Virus record (IMG/VR): IMGVR_UViG_3300012953_005009
Location: 1-33,272 of that record
Direction: 5' to 3' (one strand)
Length of the DNA stretch: 33,272 nucleotides
Source: a virus
Lineage: Duplodnaviria; Caudoviricetes
Shown here piece after piece: positions 10,401 to 16,461 of the stretch; position 1 is the stretch's first letter, and every line of letters starts with the position of its first letter. A program made the translations under genes and the position numbers. Below the pieces are notes generated by a model, which was given only the letters and a program-made list of their open reading frames with translations, searched no databases and was not told the origin of the DNA.

Positions 10401-12347
10401 TAAGTTATCTACTATATTAGCGGGGAGCGAGTAGCCACAATTGCTACCTAACCTGTCAGAAAACGTACCGCCTCTACGAGTGCCTGGAGGGCAACGGAAG
10501 CGGCCCAAAGCATTATCAAAAATAGCTGTAGCAGAACCTCGTAAACCTCTACCTGCACCTCTTCCTGCCCGTCTTGCAGCCCTACCCAATCTAGGTGCTT
10601 TCACATCCATTTCTACTTGGCCTAATAGTCGTGTGAAGTTGGCTGTCTTTTCATTTACTAATCTGAAATAGTCACGGGCTAAACTAAAGTCTTCTTTGTT
10701 AATGTGTTTCGCATTAAAAAAAGGGGATACGGATTTTTCCTCACCGTCTATCAATTCATAAACAGGATCATTATCAAGTCGTCTTGGAGCTGACCTAGAA
10801 AGGAAAGTGTCATACACCCATTTTGGAACAAGTTTAGTTACACCACCTGAGCGAACCTGAACTAATTCATTCTTAGCGGTATTATCTGGTATGAAAGAAT
10901 TGTTACGTATCTCGCCAAACTCAACTGTAAACTTACCATCAGAAGTATTGATAAAGTCCATTAATGGAGCGGTTCTATCGGGGTTCCTGCCTGTGTTCTT
11001 AGCGACTGCAGCATTAAAAGCTCTAAACGTTCTATCCTTAACGCCTTGATCAAGCTCTCCGCCTTCACGACTTATTTTAATAACGCCTTCATCTAAAGAA
11101 ATATAGTTATCTCGTATACCTGTGCCAAAAGTTCCTATAGAGCCTTGACCTAAAATACCATCATTATACTTTGTTATCAATGAGCCATCAACCATGTCGT
11201 CAAACTCATCAAGCTTACCTAACTCTTCAAAAGAAACTTTAGGCTCTAAAATAACACCATCTCTTCTCACAAATCTGGTTGGTACATTCTCACCGTTAGC
11301 TATTCTAGCTAAAACCAAATCTACTGATGTTTGCCTTCTTGTCGGGCTTGTCTTTTTAGGCGCAAAGGGTATCTGCGCAGCACGTATAATGTCATATGGG
11401 TTTGAATTGTTTTTAAGATCTCCAATGCTTCTAACAAGGCTAGCATCTCTAGCCAAACTAGCCAGCGCTCTTTCAATTCCTGTCGTAAAAGCACCCGGCC
11501 CAAAACTAGGAATGCCTAATATTTGAGCACCACAAGTGCTGTAAAATTTGTTTGTAAATGTTCCACCTTTTTGAAATCCCGGTGGACACCTGTATTTGTT
11601 TCTAGCGCCTCTTCCAGCACCTCGCACAACTCGTCTAAGTCCTAATCCTCGTCCTCCACCTGGCGTCAAAGTTTCATATATTTGTGAACGGACAGGGCTT
11701 CTAAAATCTGAAATATCACCTGGAAGCAAGATACTACCTACAGCTTGTATTGCTTGACCAGCCGCACTGTTACTTCCAACTATACCAACTCTTTTAACTC
11801 GTATCTCATCTTTCCTATCAGCCACTTCATCTAATCTAGCAGAAAACATAGCAGCTTTTGCTTCTAAAACGTTCTGCCTTCCAGCAATAGGCTGAACCAA
11901 TATGCCATTAAAAGAACGAGACTCAGTAATCATATCTTTGAAGCTGTATTCATAACTAATAAGGTCAGAACCATCTAAAGACTTCTTGCCTCTTTTCTTC
12001 CGTTTCTTTGGTTTCTTAAGAGAACGTCTTGCTCTACCGACAATAGGGCCAAGCTTACCACCTTCATGATGGTTCCCTTCATTTGGCCAAAGACCTGTAG
12101 TTTCATGATGCAGCCACGCACAAATTCTTTGTAAAGGATATAACTCTGGATGGTCAGCTAATATAACTAGACAACGCCTAAATCCGCCTGGCTTTCTCAT
12201 TATTGGACGCCAATATTTAATCAACCTTTCAAGGTTGCCTCTTCTTGGTCCACGTCCACGAAGAATATCACCAGTTATTCGTTCTTGGGGTAAGTCAAGT
12301 ATAGCTTCTTGCGGAGCTTTTATTTCAGATTCCCAGTCAATACTCAT
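1422..12347 (-). CDS. Giant polyvalent protein (~3,641 aa): Cys/His N-terminal module, two CPPG motifs, GNAT-like segment, three HTHs, CCA-adding/poly(A) polymerase-like domain, C-terminal alpha/beta domain
   Basis: Uninterrupted 10.9-kb ORF. The ATG at 12347 (GAGG RBS, just after the upstream ORF's TAG) is preferred over the GTG at 12371. Motifs include RRDLTVNGLA, QDPLRALRA, GLLNKIFP and three LRT..G..V/I.E.A..LG.DR repeats. Confidence 0.9.
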   Translation of the reverse strand: MSIDWESEIKAPQEAILDLPQERITGDILRGRGPRRGNLERLIKYWRPIMRKPGGFRRCLVILADHPELYPLQRICAWLHHETTGLWPNEGNHHEGGKLGPIVGRARRSLKKPKKRKKRGKKSLDGSDLISYEYSFKDMITESRSFNGILVQPIAGRQNVLEAKAAMFSARLDEVADRKDEIRVKRVGIVGSNSAAGQAIQAVGSILLPGDISDFRSPVRSQIYETLTPGGGRGLGLRRVVRGAGRGARNKYRCPPGFQKGGTFTNKFYSTCGAQILGIPSFGPGAFTTGIERALASLARDASLVRSIGDLKNNSNPYDIIRAAQIPFAPKKTSPTRRQTSVDLVLARIANGENVPTRFVRRDGVILEPKVSFEELGKLDEFDDMVDGSLITKYNDGILGQGSIGTFGTGIRDNYISLDEGVIKISREGGELDQGVKDRTFRAFNAAVAKNTGRNPDRTAPLMDFINTSDGKFTVEFGEIRNNSFIPDNTAKNELVQVRSGGVTKLVPKWVYDTFLSRSAPRRLDNDPVYELIDGEEKSVSPFFNAKHINKEDFSLARDYFRLVNEKTANFTRLLGQVEMDVKAPRLGRAARRAGRGAGRGLRGSATAIFDNALGRFRCPPGTRRGGTFSDRLGSNCGYSLPANIVDNLSKATNAVRNISRKGRGRKEKADRASNGIARLNEKLEEVLNITESRSGRSLGRTIGQRRSIGSLTPDQEKYFSGQSTRDTLDSLKNDINDVIENGTRGEIEGIWEGLTKLANLEAGRLTDNTSTDERVERAGRQIQDLLDNFSLQIIRRGDATDTGIERKPRETVAELRENLQQRYAASTEKLKRLSRNIIRGRRMRRTSDDIGDITSAIFYNEDGTLNEPFLNARRNDVKEQAVISRDNLKMLLVEARAVGGSSLFRNQSDDQIDEMAVDFLKSVADVDYDPVDKDSAKARNVHARIMSELNTFREMRDLIADDDASPAGITDFTRQFEDALRRINTFDRNNLLSKAGMRRDSDSEPQVDNATLRSLQDNPLGLESRYGITNFKKRLKARAQNKRTEIRQKIDKALYRNYVNGTTVNATLRDSILDNPNLPSSVSALATVPWQDHGRLVALRNQEKLALYKNVSETMPNTPEGNAARAALYKSTGIYVAPDEDWNNLGVGDTAKDIFRQGILGGAAVASRRDARIKDFVNKMLGNVDVTDADGNTVNTSGVKLKGTFTVLGPDGPVEVERFVKFDPDGPMSMRNIVKQDRYNDDRIDVDTVLSFELRRKDNGEVIYTGTGAGNDWERGGLQFNIDFSSGEANFETAGLNVDTRNPHLGAGFSAGYRPVQRLGVDQDISFADGGFFGQMVERVTPFLVGNRITTFGVSSTAYSGQATWVRYGLRPPQGTNQFGINTSLAGNIVNDADAAISKITRGDDLNPSDVAALTIVGTPEKLEELRILQGALEDGIANLTADTSVDDLPDSYSIYSLLVGLDSNGDLNKSSALYRAMTGSDTQRRVDDPERVKAEIDNAMTAFGGLANLGTFDTVSDDNVRIFEEYGDYRRLPSLASESLELDVSDLTVALEEPEQAIAGEMATELSDIRRRLNPNVPRDAYGNRLDSIDKRHSALMTEEERSRSAASIDRVITKLTNEGVLGEDDEEVSNLLNLAAELRNSSDFPEETRGTDNPLDNIAVDLGDEVTLQALIDDVDSLIEEVDTPADLENLKKVLQGALDAPSGRVASKDVTKPDNDATPNFFDKFSKVFKGRKFRTNFFKNDDESDANAQIAGQLTIFDELNAQTDRTNEVARRGIDAIMEQVSEVAQANSMTPEEVVERAVAHALRDTDFTPAPPVGAPESAVGLPVSPVSEMTFSQGKIQDMRLMNHTLKTMLSSMVNRPEDDDFNIFQDPTILEDGTLIGRTNPDGSLITRAQAIEMLQAVTRFDERLEGAYNFFDDRSTPAPLVLAETEEDLDQLITAFSLQSNVPGDDYLMMRMSNLAEILDETKARRNRPEGRNMLSTSALGGRREITAGNSPTAPQVREWVESSGFQVNPDLDEQIYSLRTDEGLSVDEVAQRLGMDRFEVRVREAEHKQKLSTAKLDEDRVTRNTSLEARRVDAFDADRAEVEEVLVEQDGLPPAADAPQAGLPEDFNLEELVNQTTQGGIPIPSPETPADEADVDVNQRTTVGLEITGLDDLLTSLENRVNSLQAAIERVASNDRGSRTRRPRRPRSPRGPRGEAYDRLDPRVLDRRYDEMSIDELLAAVGIAGSPFNGWQSTWDERAMSALRRRLRTMSDEELLDLYNRRGSRRLPGEFIPIDGAAPDTIGEAITNAAQSRGVVPINRLELPDIQETLRLINAPESGGAPTPPPTPDDLSFQNRVWNLRTNGLDVEEAADILGVDRGLVRQAEVNYARTLDRADFDEAMARARLNTRRREGRMVRRDDLTPDEAAEPRIPREIRDPETGEMVRNPEFNELYEARLRRRRRRAEARQAERQRRDERRERRTRLSNEAREQRETEERLWDLRTRQGYTIEEAAEELGIDRVEARNIEVGYSRRLTPDQRERDYERGRVAAEIRQSLGTADAADTDELADRAAPPVTPPQSDGTPATPPRDSKEVFDEIISVPDFKFREGMSDDEKRQEFEAFINELQELPEVQQRSNLRGLDADSDVFRPWFRDQVIGTDDRENLALADRLKVPESYLEALKRTEGARERIERVREEAVDADNMTETLGDAATPEPSRFQRLKDRVVGTFSKRQRTKDPKTGGKFRRFTDIFSPQNQLPDSIRDIGKKNDDGTYRQRGIRWRFFDGDKKLYLTGDGARMMATNQFPDRGRVDLASDASIEEMVEIMGFAPEVGPDGSFRSLRPNTGTLLLKTDNEGNEYLQYTGKDFLTTASGRELVINMAPMRKELPDGTLTTAGATIEDDMTRRDLTVNGLAVDLTPDGMEAAREGSRTAADPQFIDVVGALDDLGLEVESDGSLRKRRLVTDDFPEGGQVLDADGNPVEAVGEVQLAPQKIKAIGDPKERISQDPLRALRAIGRLVTGNNDGNSEMDADLEEAIREADLSEVDPLRIAKELQRRLASVPSTRRYFDELEKHGLLNKIFPGTNIDLDGLRKVRSIDRNESVLLATMFNGNSPDAVDAALDRLGYPDTTKEAVRALQELKDAKVDEDNILDTVANIKRLTDGDRSLVSATDMFAFGPLSGLDAPTSAALIEMANNPAYADLPDGRSAAEVLTTLKSNFSEIDYVKNPANLSNVIKRAVAQGGGTINVVDRTDVTSGWAVGRNGQGIVIKTEELIKPDGSVDQEKLERVYAMIRSNLGDLDQDVAIGMWREVRKERIKNPDGSLKTPKAGRDGLIDESDDFIETDVMHFDVVDIYSKDDMGLDEALQKGAAQNQKSIGDLDNVDSGNFNDAFPEVDYNNEPDLLDETTDRSKEFRSEYKQAVADAKQQSKARTEPLSLRELLDVTSDDQFKEELDNLVDPETNMVLPGSRRDQQGSRAYNEKLDNYLDNIQRNLENDQRRGIRDREELIEHVKGVRANIAGGADPTPEAVEEAPTAPVVKPVLRSLDADVLEGDALREELDSIIEEVVEANGEIAVNISDIRNAAEKAQEGSGSAAVNRILDALAPRSDFDNRGQRIAFLEEAFEDAKSQITIKVTPLTEQVDDVVGEE

Positions 12348-12348
12348 A

Positions 12349-12522
12349 CTAGGCCTCGTTATTTTCTTCACTTACAGGAATGAACTCATATACTTTTTTC
12401 TCATCGCCGCTATTGTCAACCAAAAGGTCGTGAGATATATCTCCTAAGATAGTCTTTGAACCGATATGATACAGAGCTTGATTAGCCAAGCGTATTCTTT
12501 CCCATGCCGTGTTAGGCGTCAT
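12349..12522 (-). CDS. Small hypothetical protein (57 aa); missing from the ORF track
   Basis: Strong AGGAGG RBS, then MTPNTAWERIRLANQALYHIGSKTILGDISHDLLVDNSGDEKKVYEFIPVSEENNEA*. Fills the gap between the 712-aa gene and the giant gene. Confidence 0.8.
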   Translation of the reverse strand: MTPNTAWERIRLANQALYHIGSKTILGDISHDLLVDNSGDEKKVYEFIPVSEENNEA

Positions 12523-12541
12523 TTAACCCTCCTAAAGGTTA

Positions 12542-14680
12542 TCAGGAAAGTCCGTCAAATTCCTCTTTTAGACTTTCAAACTCTTTTAGAGCTTCATTAA
12601 TATTAATTCCTAAGTCATCTAAGGTTTTTTCTTCTTCCATTCGCTCAGCTTGTGGAGCTTCAGCTTGTGGAGCTTCTGGTGCAGCGTTAGCCTCTCCAGA
12701 CCCGACCATCCATTCATCAGGAATCATGTCTTCTTGACCTAATTCTTCAGCTCGTTTCATAATGTGTTCTTTTGCGGCATCTTTATCTGCTGCACGACCA
12801 TAAGCCTGTATAGCATTTCTAAGATCAGCTTCATCGGCTATTGGGAAAGATCCATCAGGTAATGCATCTCCATTTTCAGCCATCTCTTCTCGCTGTTCTC
12901 TGCTGTACATTCTCTTTAGCTCTAACTCAGCTTCTAATGCTTTTATTTCGTCTTCATCTGAAAGTGGAGCTTCTACTGCATACTCATCGTACCCTAGAAC
13001 CTTACCTTCCATGTCAACAAAAACATCAAAGCTCTTTTGGTCAGCAGTTTCAAGTTGAACTACATAAACATCTTCATTATTAAATATGTCAGGAGATACG
13101 CTTTGTACTTCTCCCCCAACTACTTTTACAGCTGCATTTTCTGCATCAGCGTGTGAAATTATATCCCAACCAGAAAGTTCTTTTTCTTCTAGAAGGGCTT
13201 CATCAATCTTTAACCATCCTAGTTCTTCGCCTTCACCTGAGACAAATATTTCAACTGCTGAACCATCTGCACGTTTAACATCTAGAACAAATATATCATC
13301 AGCACTTGAGTATCCAGACCCTACAATTTCAGAGCCTTCATGCGCTGATTTAACCATTGCTTCAATGTCAGCTAGACCTGGAAGATCGCCTTCTGGGGCG
13401 CATCCACCTCTACAGAAATCACATGGTTGAGCTACAGATTTTCTTTGGAATCCACATAAGAAGTCTTCGCTCTTCATTCTTTCCATTCCTTCTGCTTCGC
13501 CTTGACCAGTAAGCTTTGCGTATTCTTCAGGATTTTCACATGGTAAGAATTTTCCATCTGCTTCATGTGCGCCTGAACAGCCTAATGCTGTTGCCGCTTC
13601 TGCTGCATCTTCGGCTGAATCAAAGAATTTTTCTTTGTATTCAATGTTTCGTTTCATAGGGTTACGTCTGCGATACCGCATACCATACCCTTTTTCAGAA
13701 TCTTCATCATATATCTGAACCAACTCAAAAGCTTCCTTAGCATCTTCATCTAGATCGCCATATTCTTTCAAGTTTAGATACTCTCCAGTGTGGCACTTAT
13801 CATCAAAGTCAGCTTTAGACAAGAAAACTGAAGGAACATCAGGATTTTCATCCTCGTCTTCGTCAGCTTCTCTCGTAAGATTTTCAAGAATTCTAGAAGC
13901 TTTTTCTGCCATTTCTGCAGTGTCTTCTTTTTTCTTTTTCTTCTTATCGTCATCATCATCGTTCATAGAGCCATAACCTTTTTTAGACATCAGATCAGTA
14001 TATGTTTCCATATCAGCACAAGGCATAAACATGCCATTATCGTGTCCGTGCGATCCTTCGCACCCCAGCTCTACAGCACGCTCAGCAGCTTCAGCTGCAG
14101 TTTCAAACATATCTTTCATGTCGTCTTCGTCTTTATCGTCACGATCATGCATAGATCCATAGCCTTTTTCTTCAGCGTCTTCGTCTTCTGATACTTTGTA
14201 TCTGAATGCCCAGCCCATAGGTTCTTCGGTCTTTTCGTCAATGACGTTGACCACTTCGTAACCTTTTTTCTCTTCTTCATCAAGAGCATTAAAAGCCTCT
14301 TCATTTATTAGATCTCCGGCCTCCATAGCTTCTTTGAATCTGATATCAGACATATAAACTGAAATAGCGCCTTCAAAATCTGCAAGCCTAGGCAGGTCTG
14401 TCATATTTTGAGCATCAGCTTTTTGATCTGTATTTTCTAGCTTAGCATGAAGTTCCTCTAGCTCCGCTAATTGCTGTTCTTCTGATTTCTCTTCAGCTTC
14501 TTCTGCAACTTCTTCGGCTACTTCTTCAGCCGCTTCTTCGGCTGCTTCTTCCACCGCTTCTTCGGCTGCTTCTTCCGCAACCTCTTCAGCTTCTTCTTCT
14601 GATTTTACTTCTGTGCTTTCTAGTTGAGCGTGAAGCTTTTCTAACTCCGCTAATTGCTCTTCTAGTTCGTTGTTTTCCAT
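12542..14680 (-). CDS. Acidic modular head-associated/scaffold-like protein (712 aa)
   Basis: Lies immediately after the prohead protease with an AGGAG RBS. Has Glu/Ala helical repeats, two GCxGxH...PC modules, a Cys cluster (CGF...PCDFCRGGC), two PepSY-like units and a C-terminal ALPDGSFPI...LRNAIQAYGRA...HIMKRA...IPDEW module. Confidence 0.7.
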   Translation of the reverse strand: MENNELEEQLAELEKLHAQLESTEVKSEEEAEEVAEEAAEEAVEEAAEEAAEEVAEEVAEEAEEKSEEQQLAELEELHAKLENTDQKADAQNMTDLPRLADFEGAISVYMSDIRFKEAMEAGDLINEEAFNALDEEEKKGYEVVNVIDEKTEEPMGWAFRYKVSEDEDAEEKGYGSMHDRDDKDEDDMKDMFETAAEAAERAVELGCEGSHGHDNGMFMPCADMETYTDLMSKKGYGSMNDDDDDKKKKKKEDTAEMAEKASRILENLTREADEDEDENPDVPSVFLSKADFDDKCHTGEYLNLKEYGDLDEDAKEAFELVQIYDEDSEKGYGMRYRRRNPMKRNIEYKEKFFDSAEDAAEAATALGCSGAHEADGKFLPCENPEEYAKLTGQGEAEGMERMKSEDFLCGFQRKSVAQPCDFCRGGCAPEGDLPGLADIEAMVKSAHEGSEIVGSGYSSADDIFVLDVKRADGSAVEIFVSGEGEELGWLKIDEALLEEKELSGWDIISHADAENAAVKVVGGEVQSVSPDIFNNEDVYVVQLETADQKSFDVFVDMEGKVLGYDEYAVEAPLSDEDEIKALEAELELKRMYSREQREEMAENGDALPDGSFPIADEADLRNAIQAYGRAADKDAAKEHIMKRAEELGQEDMIPDEWMVGSGEANAAPEAPQAEAPQAERMEEEKTLDDLGININEALKEFESLKEEFDGLS
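14490..14600 (-). repeat. Coding tandem repeat, 12-nt unit (EEAA/EEVA)
   Basis: Repeated gcttcttc/ttcttcggct units encode EEEAEEVAEEAAEEAVEEAAEEAAEEVAEEVAEEAEE. Boundaries are approximate. Confidence 0.75.
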
Positions 14681-14710
14681 TATTTTCTCCTAAAAGTTCC
14701 TTAACTTAGT

Positions 14711-16360
14711 TTAGTTAATATTAGCTTCCGTGTCAAGACGATCATCTTCAAATCTGCTAGAAACCGTTGGTTCAAAAGACAGACCAGCTATAGAAAAGGC
14801 AACCTTTTCTAAGAGATCATCATGTTCGTAATCTTTCGCAAACAGAAGATCAATTCCGTCTTCTGTCCTTACTGGAAGAACTGGTAAAGTTTTAACTGTA
14901 TCCAAGACTTCAAACGCTTCAGCTTCACCACATTTGAGATTAACAACAAAGCCTGAAGTTGCTTTTTCAGAAGCAATTACCACTTCAACTTGTTCTTCTC
15001 TCATTTCAACCATGAAATCTTCAACCATGGATATTAAAGCTAGTGTAGCTTCACGTTCTTTTCCTGCGCCCTTAAGCGGAATCATAGCATTATAAGCCAT
15101 GAGTAGTAGTGCCATTGGATCTCTTTGTACAGCGCTTGATGGACCTTTTCTGTATTTGCCTCCGCCTTTTGTTTCTGTATCACAGGAACAAGGCTCTGCG
15201 TCTTTCTTTACGACGCTTTCGTCTTCTGTAACATTTGCACTTGAAACATAATCATTAAATTCGCTTATGTTTGCGTTATTGTCAAATGCTTTGAGAGATT
15301 CTAAGTATGTCTCTCTGTCTTTACATGGGAAGAATCTGCCACCTTCAGAGTGGAATCCTTCGCACCCTAGTGTCATGGCCCAAGATAAAGCTGTATCTTC
15401 TCCAGAAAAACCTTCTGGGTCAATTGGCTCTCCATTCTCTTCTTCTCCGTCACGCATGAGAACACCATGCATTCCTTCTGCTTTTAATGCTGTCATTGGC
15501 TTCCTTTCCATCCTTTCAGCCTCTCCCCCACTTTGTGGAAGCGTTTCAGACACTCCTCCGTCAAGAGGAACATATGTTGTCATTGGTTTTACTCTGGTTG
15601 GAGCGCCAACCATAAAGCGATTTCCTTCACGATGAAAACCAGCTTGCCACACCATTCCCGGCGCAGATTCAAAAACAACTGTATTTTCATCCATGTTTAT
15701 TATTTCAATCGGGCGATTAAGTGCTTGAGAAAGAGCTGTTCTTAAAACAGAACGTGCATCTGAAGGATCAGCGTTTTGTGTTTGACGCAGCCCTCCTTTT
15801 TCTTCAGCATCTTTAACGGAAATAGTGCCTGTTAGTTGATTTGCCCCATGTAAAACTGGAGAAACCTCATAAAGCTCTACTTCTTTTAACATATTAGCTT
15901 GAATGTCATTGTTGAAATCAGCTATCAATGTTTTATATCCGATTGACCATTCTTGCTCATTGCCATAAAAAGCAACATTAGCAAAGGCTTCACGCCCTCT
16001 TTCGGTGTTTAGATTGAATTGAACCTTTGCAAAAAGACCACCAACTTTAGCTTTTTTCATTTTTTCTGGTAGCCTAGGGTCGCTTTTAGGCACTTCATAG
16101 ATATCAATAACCTTTCCGATGGGCTGATTCCAGTCATGGCCCCATACCACACGGGGTTTCCTTCTCTTCAAAGATGCATTAAATGCTCCCGGCATTACTA
16201 CATCTCCTACTGAATCTTTATTGCCTATCGCAGAAACAAAGCATTCTACAATGCCTTGTGCTTTATCTACCCCAATTTGACCTGAAATAGCCTTAAAAGC
16301 AACGTCATCATCGCTTGAAAGTTCAGGGGTAACCACTGAATCTATTGTTAAAGTTGTCAT
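14711..16360 (-). CDS. HK97-family prohead (capsid maturation) protease with a long C-terminal extension
   Basis: The N-terminal ~180 aa carry typical motifs: GNKDSVGDVVMPGAF, VVWGHDWNQPIG, GLFAKVQFNLNTERGREAF, EWSIGY, EVELYEVSPVLHGAN. Located downstream of portal and MuF. Confidence 0.93.
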   Translation of the reverse strand: MTTLTIDSVVTPELSSDDDVAFKAISGQIGVDKAQGIVECFVSAIGNKDSVGDVVMPGAFNASLKRRKPRVVWGHDWNQPIGKVIDIYEVPKSDPRLPEKMKKAKVGGLFAKVQFNLNTERGREAFANVAFYGNEQEWSIGYKTLIADFNNDIQANMLKEVELYEVSPVLHGANQLTGTISVKDAEEKGGLRQTQNADPSDARSVLRTALSQALNRPIEIINMDENTVVFESAPGMVWQAGFHREGNRFMVGAPTRVKPMTTYVPLDGGVSETLPQSGGEAERMERKPMTALKAEGMHGVLMRDGEEENGEPIDPEGFSGEDTALSWAMTLGCEGFHSEGGRFFPCKDRETYLESLKAFDNNANISEFNDYVSSANVTEDESVVKKDAEPCSCDTETKGGGKYRKGPSSAVQRDPMALLLMAYNAMIPLKGAGKEREATLALISMVEDFMVEMREEQVEVVIASEKATSGFVVNLKCGEAEAFEVLDTVKTLPVLPVRTEDGIDLLFAKDYEHDDLLEKVAFSIAGLSFEPTVSSRFEDDRLDTEANIN

Positions 16361-16392
16361 AACACCTCAAATTTTACGTTCCGAACACTTAT

Positions 16393-16404
16393 ATAGTATA
16401 GCAA
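16393..16404 (-). promoter_or_regulatory. Extended -10 promoter (TGCTATACT) upstream of the protease
   Basis: Minus strand reads TTGCTATACTAT. A near-identical TTGCTAAACTAT lies upstream of the portal operon. Confidence 0.5.
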
Positions 16405-16423
16405 GTAGCTTACCTATGCAAGG

Positions 16424-16461
16424 ACACTTTATATAAAGCAAAAAACTACACTTTATATAAA
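16424..16461. repeat. Direct repeat ACACTTTATATAAA x2 (24-nt period) with palindromic core TTTATATAAA
   Basis: Exact copies at 16424-16437 and 16448-16461. A degenerate third copy, ACACTTATATAG, is at 16385-16396. Confidence 0.8.

Noticed and set aside
1422-12347. Tape measure protein
   Set aside because: It lies in the head module, lacks periodic Trp/Phe-Ala/Gly repeats and hydrophobic segments, and contains globular enzyme-like domains.
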